64,000 nt of DNA from Chloroflexota bacterium (lineage in GTDB: Bacteria; Chloroflexota; UBA6077; FW602-bin22; JACPRP01), in assembly GCA_016189905.1 (NCBI GenBank), contig JACPRP010000102.1:9231-73230 (forward strand), written 5' to 3'. The notes below the pieces were generated by a model that saw only the letters and a program-made list of their open reading frames with translations, did not search any database and was not told the DNA's origin. How positions within the stretch are numbered: the stretch's first letter is position 1; each line of letters begins with the position of its first letter. This document shows, piece by piece, positions 56,138 to 64,000 of this stretch. A program made the translations under genes and the position numbers.

Positions 56138-57655
56138 ATGAATCCTGGTTACCTTACTCTAATAGTGTTTGTGCCGTTGCTTGGAGCAATTGTCACAGCC
56201 TTGATGCCAAAAGATAACATTCGGGCCATCCGGTTCTCTGCCGCCGGGTTCAGCTTCATCGCGCTGGTCCTATCTGCAATCGTCTGGATTCGATACGATA
56301 CCGCCCTGGCTGGAATGCAGTTCGTCGAGCAGGCGACGTGGATACCTTCACTCGGCATCAAGTACTTCATGGGCGTCGATGGCCTCAGCCTGCCGATGGT
56401 TTTCCTGACGACGCTGCTCACCTTCCTGGCGGTCCTCGCTTCCTGGAACATCAAGTTGCGGCCAAAGCTTTATTTCTCACTGCTGTTGCTGCTGGAGATG
56501 GGCATCGCCGGCGTGTTCACTTCCCTGGATCTTCTGCTTTTCTTCCTTTTCTGGGAAGTCGAGCTGATCCCGATGTATCTTCTCATCGTCATCTGGGGAG
56601 GCCAGAGGCGCGAATACGCCGCTATCAAGTTCGTTCTTTATACGCTGGCCGGCAGCGCACTGATGCTCGCGGGCATCCTGGCCCTGTATTTCTACGCCGA
56701 TCCGATTGTCAGCGGGCGCACGTTCGATATGCTCGAGTTGGCGAAGACGAACTATACGGCTCAGTACGGCGCGGCGTTCTCGAGCGTCGTCTTCTTCCTC
56801 CTACTCATCGGTTTCGTCATCAAGCTGCCATCGTTTCCATTCCACACGTGGCTGCCTGACGCGCACGTGGAGGCACCGACGGCCGTCAGCGTTATCCTGG
56901 CCGGCGTTCTCCTGAAGATGGGTGGCTACGCGATCATCCGCATCAACGCGTCCATTCTGCCTCAGGCTCTTCAGGACTGGTCATACCTTCTGGCGGGGCT
57001 GGCCGTCGTCAGCGTCATCTATGGGGCGGCCACGTCGATGGTGCAGAACGATATGAAGAAGATGGTGGCCTACTCTAGCGTAAGCCACATGGGATACGTG
57101 CTGCTGGGCATTGCCGCGCTGACGCCCACCAGTATGAACGGCGCCGTGCTGCAGATGTTCACGCACGGCACCATCACGGGCATGCTGTTCTTGCTCGTCG
57201 GCGTCGTTTACGATAAGGCGCACACGCGGCTCATCTCGGAGTTCGGGGGTCTGGCGAAGCGGATGCCGCTCTATGCCGCGCTCTTCGTGACGGCCGGCCT
57301 GGCCTCACTCGGGTTGCCCGGTCTCAGCGGCTTCGTCGCGGAGTTCACCGTCTTCGTCGGCTCTTACTTGAATCCAAATATGCAGTTATTCACGATCATC
57401 GCGGCGGCGGGCATCGTCATCACGGCGGGATACATTACCTGGATGCTGCAAAGAGTGTTTTTCGGCCCGCTCCGTTTCGGCGATGCGATTAAGGAGAGCG
57501 AGCACATCCAGGATGTCAGGGGACTCGAAGTCGTGCCGCTGGTTACTCTGTTGGCGATTATTATCGCGGTCGGCGTCTATCCATCGCTGGTGACAGACCT
57601 GATCAATACGGGCGTCGCTCCCGTGATGACACAATTTGTCAAGGCCGGGCTCTAG
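56138..57655 (+). CDS. nuoM: NADH-quinone oxidoreductase subunit M
   Basis: It reads FFLFWEVELIPMYLLI and KLPSFPFHTWLPDAHVEAPTAVSVILAGVLLK. Confidence 0.95.
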   Translation: MNPGYLTLIVFVPLLGAIVTALMPKDNIRAIRFSAAGFSFIALVLSAIVWIRYDTALAGMQFVEQATWIPSLGIKYFMGVDGLSLPMVFLTTLLTFLAVLASWNIKLRPKLYFSLLLLLEMGIAGVFTSLDLLLFFLFWEVELIPMYLLIVIWGGQRREYAAIKFVLYTLAGSALMLAGILALYFYADPIVSGRTFDMLELAKTNYTAQYGAAFSSVVFFLLLIGFVIKLPSFPFHTWLPDAHVEAPTAVSVILAGVLLKMGGYAIIRINASILPQALQDWSYLLAGLAVVSVIYGAATSMVQNDMKKMVAYSSVSHMGYVLLGIAALTPTSMNGAVLQMFTHGTITGMLFLLVGVVYDKAHTRLISEFGGLAKRMPLYAALFVTAGLASLGLPGLSGFVAEFTVFVGSYLNPNMQLFTIIAAAGIVITAGYITWMLQRVFFGPLRFGDAIKESEHIQDVRGLEVVPLVTLLAIIIAVGVYPSLVTDLINTGVAPVMTQFVKAGL

Positions 57656-57680
57656 AAGGATCGTGCCGGAGGGATGACCT

Positions 57681-59120
57681 TTGAACTTATATCTTCTACT
57701 ACCAGAAATTAGCTTAATCGTGCTGGCGGTGGTCTTGATCGGGGTCGATCTATTGCTGCCGCGAGAACATAAGCCGGCCCTGGGCTACATAGCGCTCATC
57801 GGCCTTATCTTCCCTGCCTACTTCACGATGTTGCTGTCAGGCAGGAACGAGGTCTCGTTTAGCGGCGCCCTGGTCGTCGATCAGCTCGCGATCTTCTTCA
57901 AGCTGCTCTTCTTGATTGCTGCCGCGCTGGTTATTCTATCGTCAATCGAATACGTACGGCGTTTACCGATTCCGCAGGGCGAGTATTACGCGCTGGTGCT
58001 TCTCGCCACATCGGGAATGATGCTGATGGCCAGCACGCGTGACCTGATCTCGATATACATCTCGCTCGAGTTCACCAGCATCACGCTCTACATCCTGGCC
58101 GCCTTTATCCGCAACGACCTGAAGTCCAGCGAAGCGGGACTCAAGTATCTCCTGCTTGGCGCGCTTTCATCGGCCGCGCTGCTCTACGGTATGGCGCTAA
58201 CCTATGGCGTGACGGGCAGCACCGTGCTCAACGATATCGCCTCGGCACTCGGCGAGCGGGGCATCAATGCCGCTGCCGTGCTTGGCTTGGTGTTCATCGC
58301 CGTGGGATTTGGCTTCAAGATAGCCACGGTGCCTTTCCATATGTGGGCGCCAGACGTCTACGAAGGGGCGCCGACGCCGATCACGGCATTTCTCTCGGTG
58401 GCATCCAAGGCCGCCGGGTTCGCCCTGGTGCTGCGCGTGTTCGCCACGGCATTCATGCCCGCCGAGAACACGTGGCTGCCGATGTTCTTCGTGCTCTCGG
58501 CCATCACGATGACCCTCGGCAACGTGGTCGCCATCCGCCAGGAGAACATCAAGCGCCTTCTGGCCTACTCGAGCATCGCCCACGCTGGCTATGTGCTGAT
58601 GGGGTTGGCCGCGGCGACCGCCGGAGCAACCTCGGGAATGCTCGTGTATCTTCTGGCCTACACCCTGACGAATCTCGGCGCGTTCATCGCCATCATCGGG
58701 TTCTCTACCCGTGTGGGCAGTGACAACATAGATGACTACAATGGGCTTTCGCGACGGGCGCCGATGTTATCCCTGGCCCTGGCGATTTGCTTGCTCTCGC
58801 TCGCCGGGATTCCGCCGATGGCCGGCTTCATCGCCAAGATCTACCTCTTCGCCGCAGTGTTCGACGCGGCCGCGACCAACCCGGCCCTGTACTATCTGGT
58901 CATCATCGCGCTGCTCAACAGCGCTATCTCCGTCTATTACTATGTGCGCGTCGTCAAGGCGATGTACTTCGCTCCGGCCGAGACCGAGGAATCACTCGGC
59001 ATGACCTTCGGTCTGCGTGTCGCCCTCTCGGCGGCGGTAGCAGGGGTGCTCGTGGTCGGCATCTACCCGACCCCGGTTATGCAAGCGGCACAGGTAGCGG
59101 CGCAGGTCCTGTTCCCTTAG
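57681..59120 (+). CDS. nuoN: NADH-quinone oxidoreductase subunit N
   Basis: It reads GFKIATVPFHMWAPDVYEGAPTPITAFLSV and KRLLAYSSIAHAGY. Confidence 0.95.
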   Translation: MNLYLLLPEISLIVLAVVLIGVDLLLPREHKPALGYIALIGLIFPAYFTMLLSGRNEVSFSGALVVDQLAIFFKLLFLIAAALVILSSIEYVRRLPIPQGEYYALVLLATSGMMLMASTRDLISIYISLEFTSITLYILAAFIRNDLKSSEAGLKYLLLGALSSAALLYGMALTYGVTGSTVLNDIASALGERGINAAAVLGLVFIAVGFGFKIATVPFHMWAPDVYEGAPTPITAFLSVASKAAGFALVLRVFATAFMPAENTWLPMFFVLSAITMTLGNVVAIRQENIKRLLAYSSIAHAGYVLMGLAAATAGATSGMLVYLLAYTLTNLGAFIAIIGFSTRVGSDNIDDYNGLSRRAPMLSLALAICLLSLAGIPPMAGFIAKIYLFAAVFDAAATNPALYYLVIIALLNSAISVYYYVRVVKAMYFAPAETEESLGMTFGLRVALSAAVAGVLVVGIYPTPVMQAAQVAAQVLFP

Positions 59121-59154
59121 TCGGGTCTCGAAAAGACAGTTAGCTGACGCGGTT

Positions 59155-59178
59155 GGGGGCGGTTCGCGAACCGCCCCC
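59155..59178 (+). terminator. Rho-independent terminator candidate downstream of nuoN
   Basis: A perfect 24-nt GC-rich palindrome gggggcggttcgcgaaccgccccc is followed by atttcgtt. Confidence 0.7.
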
Positions 59179-59261
59179 ATTTCGTTCATAAGCGGCGAGT
59201 AAAAATACTACCAAGACTTGTCTCTGAAAGTATTCGAAAACTGCCGTAGAGGGGGCGCCCT

Positions 59262-60022
59262 ATGAACTTACCAACATCTCCATTGCCAGCGGCACTCAGG
59301 CGATATCCCGGTTCAGAAAGCGACACCGGGCCCGTCTTGGAGCTGCGTCATGTGACCAAGGTCTATCGCAGCAACGTTCGTGCCCTGCGCGATGTCACCC
59401 TTTGCATAAGGCCCGGCGAGCGCGTATGCCTGCTTGGCCCTAATGGCGCGGGGAAGACGACTATAATCCGCCTCCTCACCGGCGCCCTCCAGCCGACGAC
59501 CGGCGAAGTGCTCCTCTTTGGCGAGCCGACCTTTGGCACGCGATTCCTCAACTCCAAACGGCGGGCTGGCGTCGTGCCCCAGGGGCCGGGAATGTACGAA
59601 GACTTCACTACCGCCGACTACTTCGAACTGGTTCGTCGCATCTACGGGCGTGGCGATGTTGGATCTGTAGCCGAGGCCTTCGGGCTTGCCAAATATCTCG
59701 ATCGCCGCCTCGCGCAGCTCTCTGGGGGTCTACAAAGGCGGGTCGTCCTGGCCGCGGCGCTGCTTGCCGGACCCGATCTACTCCTACTCGATGAGCCAAC
59801 GGTAGGCTATGATCCAATCGCCGCGCGCGAAACGCACGACATCTCCACAATCTCAACGGAGCACTCTTCGGTCCCAGCATCCTGCTCACGATGGGTGCCC
59901 TGATGGCGTTGCCAGGTGGGGTGCTTCGCTCGCTGCTGCTCGGCATAATCTTTCTCACACTGGCCGTCATTCTCACCGCCATCGCCCTGCGCGCCCTTAC
60001 CGCCGAGCGCTTTCTCCGCTAG
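59262..60022 (+). pseudogene. ABC transporter relic: an ATPase N-terminal ~185 aa joined out of frame to what looks like the last TM helix of an ABC-2 permease
   Basis: Walker A (GPNGAGKTT), Q-loop, signature (LSGGLQRR) and Walker B (LLLLDEPT) are present, but the D-loop/H-loop region is missing. After about 59830 the frame yields ISTISTEHSSVPASCSRWVP-stop. Another frame reads NGALFGPSILLTMGALMALPGGVLRSLLLGIIFLTLAVILTAIALRALTAERFLR, ending with a stop at 60020..60022. Confidence 0.5.
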
Positions 60023-60062
60023 AAGGAGCGGCACACCGTAACGGTTATGCGCGCTCCATCGA

Positions 60063-60623
60063 TCAATAGCGGGGCTTGCAGATCACTTCCCTGACGCGCA
60101 GCTCGAAGAAAGACATGGCGTTCGCAGGGCGGATGACCAGCGCTGTGTCGCACCCATGGTTCGTGCCGGCGATCGAGATGACCTCCTCATCCGTGCGGAT
60201 CAGCCCAGCGTCGGTCGCCATCATCGTGATCTCCACCGCCACCTTGGTGCCAGCGCCGAAAATCTTGAGCGTATTGGCCATTATCTCGTCGACCTGATAC
60301 GTGCCGAACTTCCGTCGCACCGCACGGCCCACACCTCCGAACGCGTGCTGGCAGGTCAGGACCCGGACGCCGTGCCTTTCCAGCTCCGCCCGGGTTTCCT
60401 CGGGCATATCCTGTACGTTCGGCTCATGAAAGCCGGTCGAATGTGTAACCGCCACCAAGCGCCGGCCTTCAAAAAACTGTAGCGCCTTTTTCCCTGTTTC
60501 TCCCGTGCTGGTTGCGACCAGGATACGCTTGATGCCCAGCTCGTCGGCCCGGCTGGCAGCGGCCTTCATGACGACGTCGGTATTCTCGGCACTCAGCTTA
60601 GAAAAGTAGATCGTCTCTGGCAT
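60063..60623 (-). CDS. Pyruvate kinase C-terminal (alpha/beta) domain-like protein
   Basis: 186 aa reading ILVATSTGETGKKA...LVAVTH..GF...GTKVAVEITMMATDAGLI. It resembles stand-alone PK_C-like proteins as I recall them. Confidence 0.6.
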   Translation of the reverse strand: MPETIYFSKLSAENTDVVMKAAASRADELGIKRILVATSTGETGKKALQFFEGRRLVAVTHSTGFHEPNVQDMPEETRAELERHGVRVLTCQHAFGGVGRAVRRKFGTYQVDEIMANTLKIFGAGTKVAVEITMMATDAGLIRTDEEVISIAGTNHGCDTALVIRPANAMSFFELRVREVICKPRY

Positions 60624-60773
60624 AAACTTCCTCCATAAACAAGCTGGTAAAATGCGGATGCGATGATTATATTTCGGGCAAACAGGCGTGTCAAGAAGCT
60701 AAGTCGGGCTAAGTCGGGCACACTTCTTGCGACGTAAGGCGAAGGGGACCTCGATCGGAACGGGGAAAATCTG

Positions 60774-61136
60774 GTGGCAAAGAAGATCGCCGTCATCGAC
60801 GATAGCAGAGAATTCGTCCAGTTCTGCCAGGACTTGCTGGAATCGGAAGGGTATGAGGTCTTGCCTTCGGTAGGTAGCCTTCGCGCCTACGAGATCGTGA
60901 AGCATGGCAAACCCGATCTGGTAATGGTCGATATCATGATGCCCGGCAGGAGTGGCTGGGAGCTGATAGATATCCTCAGAATGGACCCCGAGACGAAGGA
61001 TATTCCGATCATCATCAGTACGGCAGTGAGAGCCGCGACCGCGCGGCTGGCCGGCACGAAATACGATGTGCTCAAGAAGCCTTTCGAAGTACATGAGCTA
61101 CTGGCCAAAGTGAAGAAACTCATCGGGAACCCGTGA
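60774..61136 (+). CDS. Single-domain response regulator (CheY-like receiver)
   Basis: It reads KIAVIDDSREF, DLVMVDIMMPGRSGWEL, PIIISTA and KKPFEVHELL. The start is GTG. Confidence 0.85.
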   Translation: MAKKIAVIDDSREFVQFCQDLLESEGYEVLPSVGSLRAYEIVKHGKPDLVMVDIMMPGRSGWELIDILRMDPETKDIPIIISTAVRAATARLAGTKYDVLKKPFEVHELLAKVKKLIGNP

Positions 61137-61317
61137 ACGGTTCGTGCCTCGGCGGGTGGTGGACGAGAGCAGAACGAAGTGAAACAAAACGACCACCGGC
61201 AATCACCAGTGGCCCAAGGAGTCCTCATACAGCAGAGTACTGCTCGCTTTAGTCAAGCACTCTGGACGCTATCCGCACGCTACCTTCCATTCTCATCCAC
61301 TAACCACACCAGAGCCA

Positions 61318-61599
61318 TCACGCGCGATTCGTGGCTTTGTCGCGCTCAAACAGCGCCTTGGCGTCGTCGGCGATCCCCTGCTCCAAACAATCACAATAAG
61401 TCGAGTATATGGCCTTGTTCAGGAGCCGGAGTCGCCAATCTTCGGGTGCGAGCACGTTCAAGTATTCCTGTCTTTGCCTCAGAAGTCGGGCAAGCCTCAG
61501 CAAAAAGATCAACTGCAGTGGCGAATAAGGTCGCGCTCCCCGACCCTCCTGCTGTGGTTCGTTCACCTGATCTGGTCTCGGAATGTCAAAGGGAATCAT
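61318..61599 (-). CDS. Hypothetical 93-aa protein
   Basis: The composition looks protein-like (LQLIFLLRLARLLRQRQEYLNVLAPEDWRLRLLNKAIYSTYCDCLEQG). I recognise no family. Confidence 0.4.
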   Translation of the reverse strand: MIPFDIPRPDQVNEPQQEGRGARPYSPLQLIFLLRLARLLRQRQEYLNVLAPEDWRLRLLNKAIYSTYCDCLEQGIADDAKALFERDKATNRA

Positions 61600-61748
61600 A
61601 CATTCACCCCCACAGGCGGCATAACGGCCGATTACTACACTCCACTATACTGCAAGAACCATACCAATCGCAGCCGACCAACCGCTTGCAGGGGAAAATA
61701 TACCAAATTGAAACCACGGACGCGGAGCTATTTTGCGAAACCTGTTCG

Positions 61749-62828
61749 CTATTCTACAACCTCGATATTGCCGCGTCCGACGACAATCTCCTGGCCGTCC
61801 TCTAAAGATAGCCTGGCTATCTCTGAACGGACGCCCGAGCCGAGAGGGCGCGCGCGGTCTGGCAAAGCGACGACACGCGCCAGAGCGCCGAAGGAATCGC
61901 CCCGGACGATCCGCACGATAGACCCGACCGCCAGCGCGGCCTCCGCTCCGCCCAGGCCAGGCTTGCTCTCTACGGCTGGAATGAAGATTTCTGCCGGAGC
62001 CGAGTTGGCGCCTTTCTCGCCTGAGCCGAGGATATACGCGCGTCGCCCCGCGTTCGCGCGAAACAGATCGAAGGTCCGTCGCGAGATTGGCATCGCCCCG
62101 AATCCTTCGGTGATTATGACAGTCACCGGCTGAGAGTTGTCCCGCAGCCACTGGAACGTCGTCGCCGTAACACTGCCGACGATGACGGCGCCCACGCCGA
62201 CAAACAACGCGGCGCGCAGGGCCGGCAGAGTGACGCTGCCGGCCACCAGGAACGCGCCGGTGCAGCTATCGTCCACGAGCTCAGGCTCGAGTGGCTGAGC
62301 GGGACTTCCGGCCACCACTTTGATCGTTCCCTGGCATTCACCGCCGACGCAGGTGACACACTGAACGTACGCCCCGACGCTCTCGACGATGACCCCCCGC
62401 TGGGGCAAGATGCCGACCACCTGTCCCGGGAGAAGCGCTTGCACCTCGATGTCGTGCGGATCAGGCGCTATCAAGATATCGCCAGACATGGTGGGGCCTG
62501 AAGCGATGGTGCCCTCGATCGGCGATGTACAGACACGCTTGCCCCCCACGAAGCCCCCTTTACCCCGTGCGATCTCCTCGCCAGCGCTGACCGCATCCCC
62601 CGGCGATTTCAGCAGATACTTCGCCACGCTCTCGCCATCCTTGAGACCAAGGGCCTCGACGAGGTTGACGCGAAAGGCCTCGCCCCGCACCGAGGCGCGC
62701 GCGACGAGATCGCCGGGGGCAACCCGCTCGCCCGGATCGACCAGAACATCGCCATCCACCGGCAGGCACCTGGCCTTGCACAGCTTCACTTCCGCCGCAA
62801 CGCGCAAAGTTGGAATCACGGCCTCCAT
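61749..62828 (-). CDS. Hypothetical 359-aa protein with several barrel-sandwich/KOW-like segments
   Basis: It has lipoyl/HlyD-like hairpin motifs (VDPGERVAPGDLVARA; KSPGDAVSAGEEIARG), a central Gly/Val-rich domain (VTVIITEGFGAMPIS), and an SH3/KOW-like tail. The ATG overlaps the upstream gene's stop as ATGA. Confidence 0.55.
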   Translation of the reverse strand: MEAVIPTLRVAAEVKLCKARCLPVDGDVLVDPGERVAPGDLVARASVRGEAFRVNLVEALGLKDGESVAKYLLKSPGDAVSAGEEIARGKGGFVGGKRVCTSPIEGTIASGPTMSGDILIAPDPHDIEVQALLPGQVVGILPQRGVIVESVGAYVQCVTCVGGECQGTIKVVAGSPAQPLEPELVDDSCTGAFLVAGSVTLPALRAALFVGVGAVIVGSVTATTFQWLRDNSQPVTVIITEGFGAMPISRRTFDLFRANAGRRAYILGSGEKGANSAPAEIFIPAVESKPGLGGAEAALAVGSIVRIVRGDSFGALARVVALPDRARPLGSGVRSEIARLSLEDGQEIVVGRGNIEVVE

Positions 62829-64000
62829 CAGACCGCCTCCTGGCGCTCAAGCGCTTCCAACCACTGGCGGGTCTTCTCGGAGCGCCGCCTGTCCGCTTCC
62901 GCAACCGGCCTGCCGCGTGCGTCGATGACCAGACCCAAAGCCCCCCCCTTAACCGTCAGCTTCCCGGATTTGCCCTTTCCCCAGCCGAAATCCAGGCCAT
63001 TGCCAGGTTTCACGAGGAGCTCGGCGGTCTCGCCGAGTGGTAGAGGAACGGCCAGTATCTCGTCAAAGCCAATCTGCAATTTTTCCACCTGCCCCCGGTG
63101 GGTCATCTCAATGGAGGCGGCCCGAGAGCCGGCACGCCCCTGGCCGGAACAGGAGATACAGGTGCCCAGGCGCAGCAGGACATCGCCGACCAGCACCTCG
63201 GCGGCTGCGGTGGAACAGACGCGGCCGACCATACCCAGATGTGCGAGCATGGCATCGCGATCGATCGCCAGCTCGAATGCGCCCGCTGGCTCCAACGCGT
63301 CCAGGAGCGTCAGGGCCATCCGACCGAGACTGTTCTGATTGGCTATTGTGCTGCCGCCTCCAACCGCAACGCCAAGACCTTCTTTCTCCCGGATCGAGAA
63401 GAGATAAGGCTCATCCCTCAACTCGGCGCGCAGGCGGTGAACGCTCTCGACACCTAGCGCGCGCTCGAACAGCATCTCTTCGGCGGTTTCGGGCGTTGTC
63501 CAGGGCCGCGCCCACTTATTGAGAACGGCGGTCGCGAGCTCTTCGGGGGTCGGGTCCATTGGCAGCCAGCGCTTTAGGGAGATGTTCTCGGCCAGGGGCT
63601 GACCTTCGGCCTTCCCATCTCCATTCAGCAGGACGGCGGCGTTACGGCCAACGCCGTATCTCGCGGTCAGGGCTATCTGCTCTCCGTCTTTAGTGATCTT
63701 GAACAGCCCGACGGAAGAAGCGCCGATATCGACCGCCAGTACCTCAACCTTATGATATCCCGCCAGAAACCGCAGGGAGTCCCCGAGCGCGAAAGAGGAG
63801 TGCTCGGCAGGAGCCTTTTGCCAGGCGGCGACGACGTTATAGCCGGGGACCCTGCCGAGGACGAACTGCCGCCACAGATCGACCAGCGCGTGATCGAGCG
63901 CTCGGAACGCCTCATCGCCCGCCGCCTCGCGCGGGGACAAGGCGGCGAAGTCCAGCACCTCACCGATCTCTCGCGCCAGCGACGTCCCGACCTCGGCCTC
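62828..64000 (-). CDS. MutL/GlmL-like ASKHA (actin-fold) protein, partial (5' end beyond the window)
   Basis: The frame stays open past the GTG at 63958 to the window edge. It has VEVLAVDIGASSVG (a phosphate-binding-like motif) and GVAVGGGSTIAN. Similarity to glutamate mutase component L is judged from memory. Confidence 0.45.
   Translation of the reverse strand, partial: EAEVGTSLAREIGEVLDFAALSPREAAGDEAFRALDHALVDLWRQFVLGRVPGYNVVAAWQKAPAEHSSFALGDSLRFLAGYHKVEVLAVDIGASSVGLFKITKDGEQIALTARYGVGRNAAVLLNGDGKAEGQPLAENISLKRWLPMDPTPEELATAVLNKWARPWTTPETAEEMLFERALGVESVHRLRAELRDEPYLFSIREKEGLGVAVGGGSTIANQNSLGRMALTLLDALEPAGAFELAIDRDAMLAHLGMVGRVCSTAAAEVLVGDVLLRLGTCISCSGQGRAGSRAASIEMTHRGQVEKLQIGFDEILAVPLPLGETAELLVKPGNGLDFGWGKGKSGKLTVKGGALGLVIDARGRPVAEADRRRSEKTRQWLEALERQEAV

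Noticed and set aside
61179-62151. Plus-strand ORFs 61179..61805 and 61474..62133, and the minus-strand out-of-frame ORF 61645..62151
   Set aside because: Their composition is Arg/Ser/Pro-rich and they overlap better-supported minus-strand genes (61318..61599 and 61749..62828). I see no motifs.

Overview
High-GC bacterial chromosomal window (roughly 60% GC by eye), densely coding. I recognised no rRNA, tRNA or CRISPR array. Most of it is housekeeping: ruvA (3' part), tyrA, mnmE, rnhB, rplS, hslU, the conserved block rpsB-tsf-pyrH-frr-uppS-cdsA-dxr-rseP-ispG-(TIM barrel)-proS, and an 11-gene nuoABCDHIJKLMN operon that lacks nuoEFG. The main accessory system is a complete minus-strand Tad/Flp pilus locus with no secretin (8317..17061). 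It runs REC-2TM protein, flp, cpaA, tadE, tadG, cpaB, tadZ, tadA/cpaF, tadB, tadC. The 55-aa flp pilin gene is absent from the supplied ORF track. Upstream sit two tandem NarL-type response regulators and a sensor-less HisKA_3 histidine kinase, with repeated palindrome-bearing DNA modules in the adjoining spacers. Best candidates for something undescribed: (1) the membrane-anchored receiver protein translationally coupled to flp, together with its regulatory cassette; (2) a 7 x 13-bp tandem array filling the tadB-tadC spacer; (3) a partial operon at the right edge encoding a MutL/GlmL-like ASKHA protein, a 359-aa multi-barrel protein and a 93-aa protein. The window also holds several small repeat families: a 92-bp TIR-bounded MITE in two identical copies (one with a nested 58-bp palindrome), a GGCGTCAACGGAT family, AGACCGAC hairpins, and a ~200-nt compound hairpin between cdsA and dxr. 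Other items are a 5 x 12-bp repeat encoding (MRPR)5 in front of a HlyD-type lipoprotein, a ParE/antitoxin pair in a small islet, an orphan SPPY DNA methyltransferase, and two probable gene relics (an ABC transporter deletion remnant and a frameshifted TPR gene). Gene content suggests a monoderm high-GC lineage such as Chloroflexota, but I cannot verify that. All functional calls come from reading translated motifs. No database search was run.
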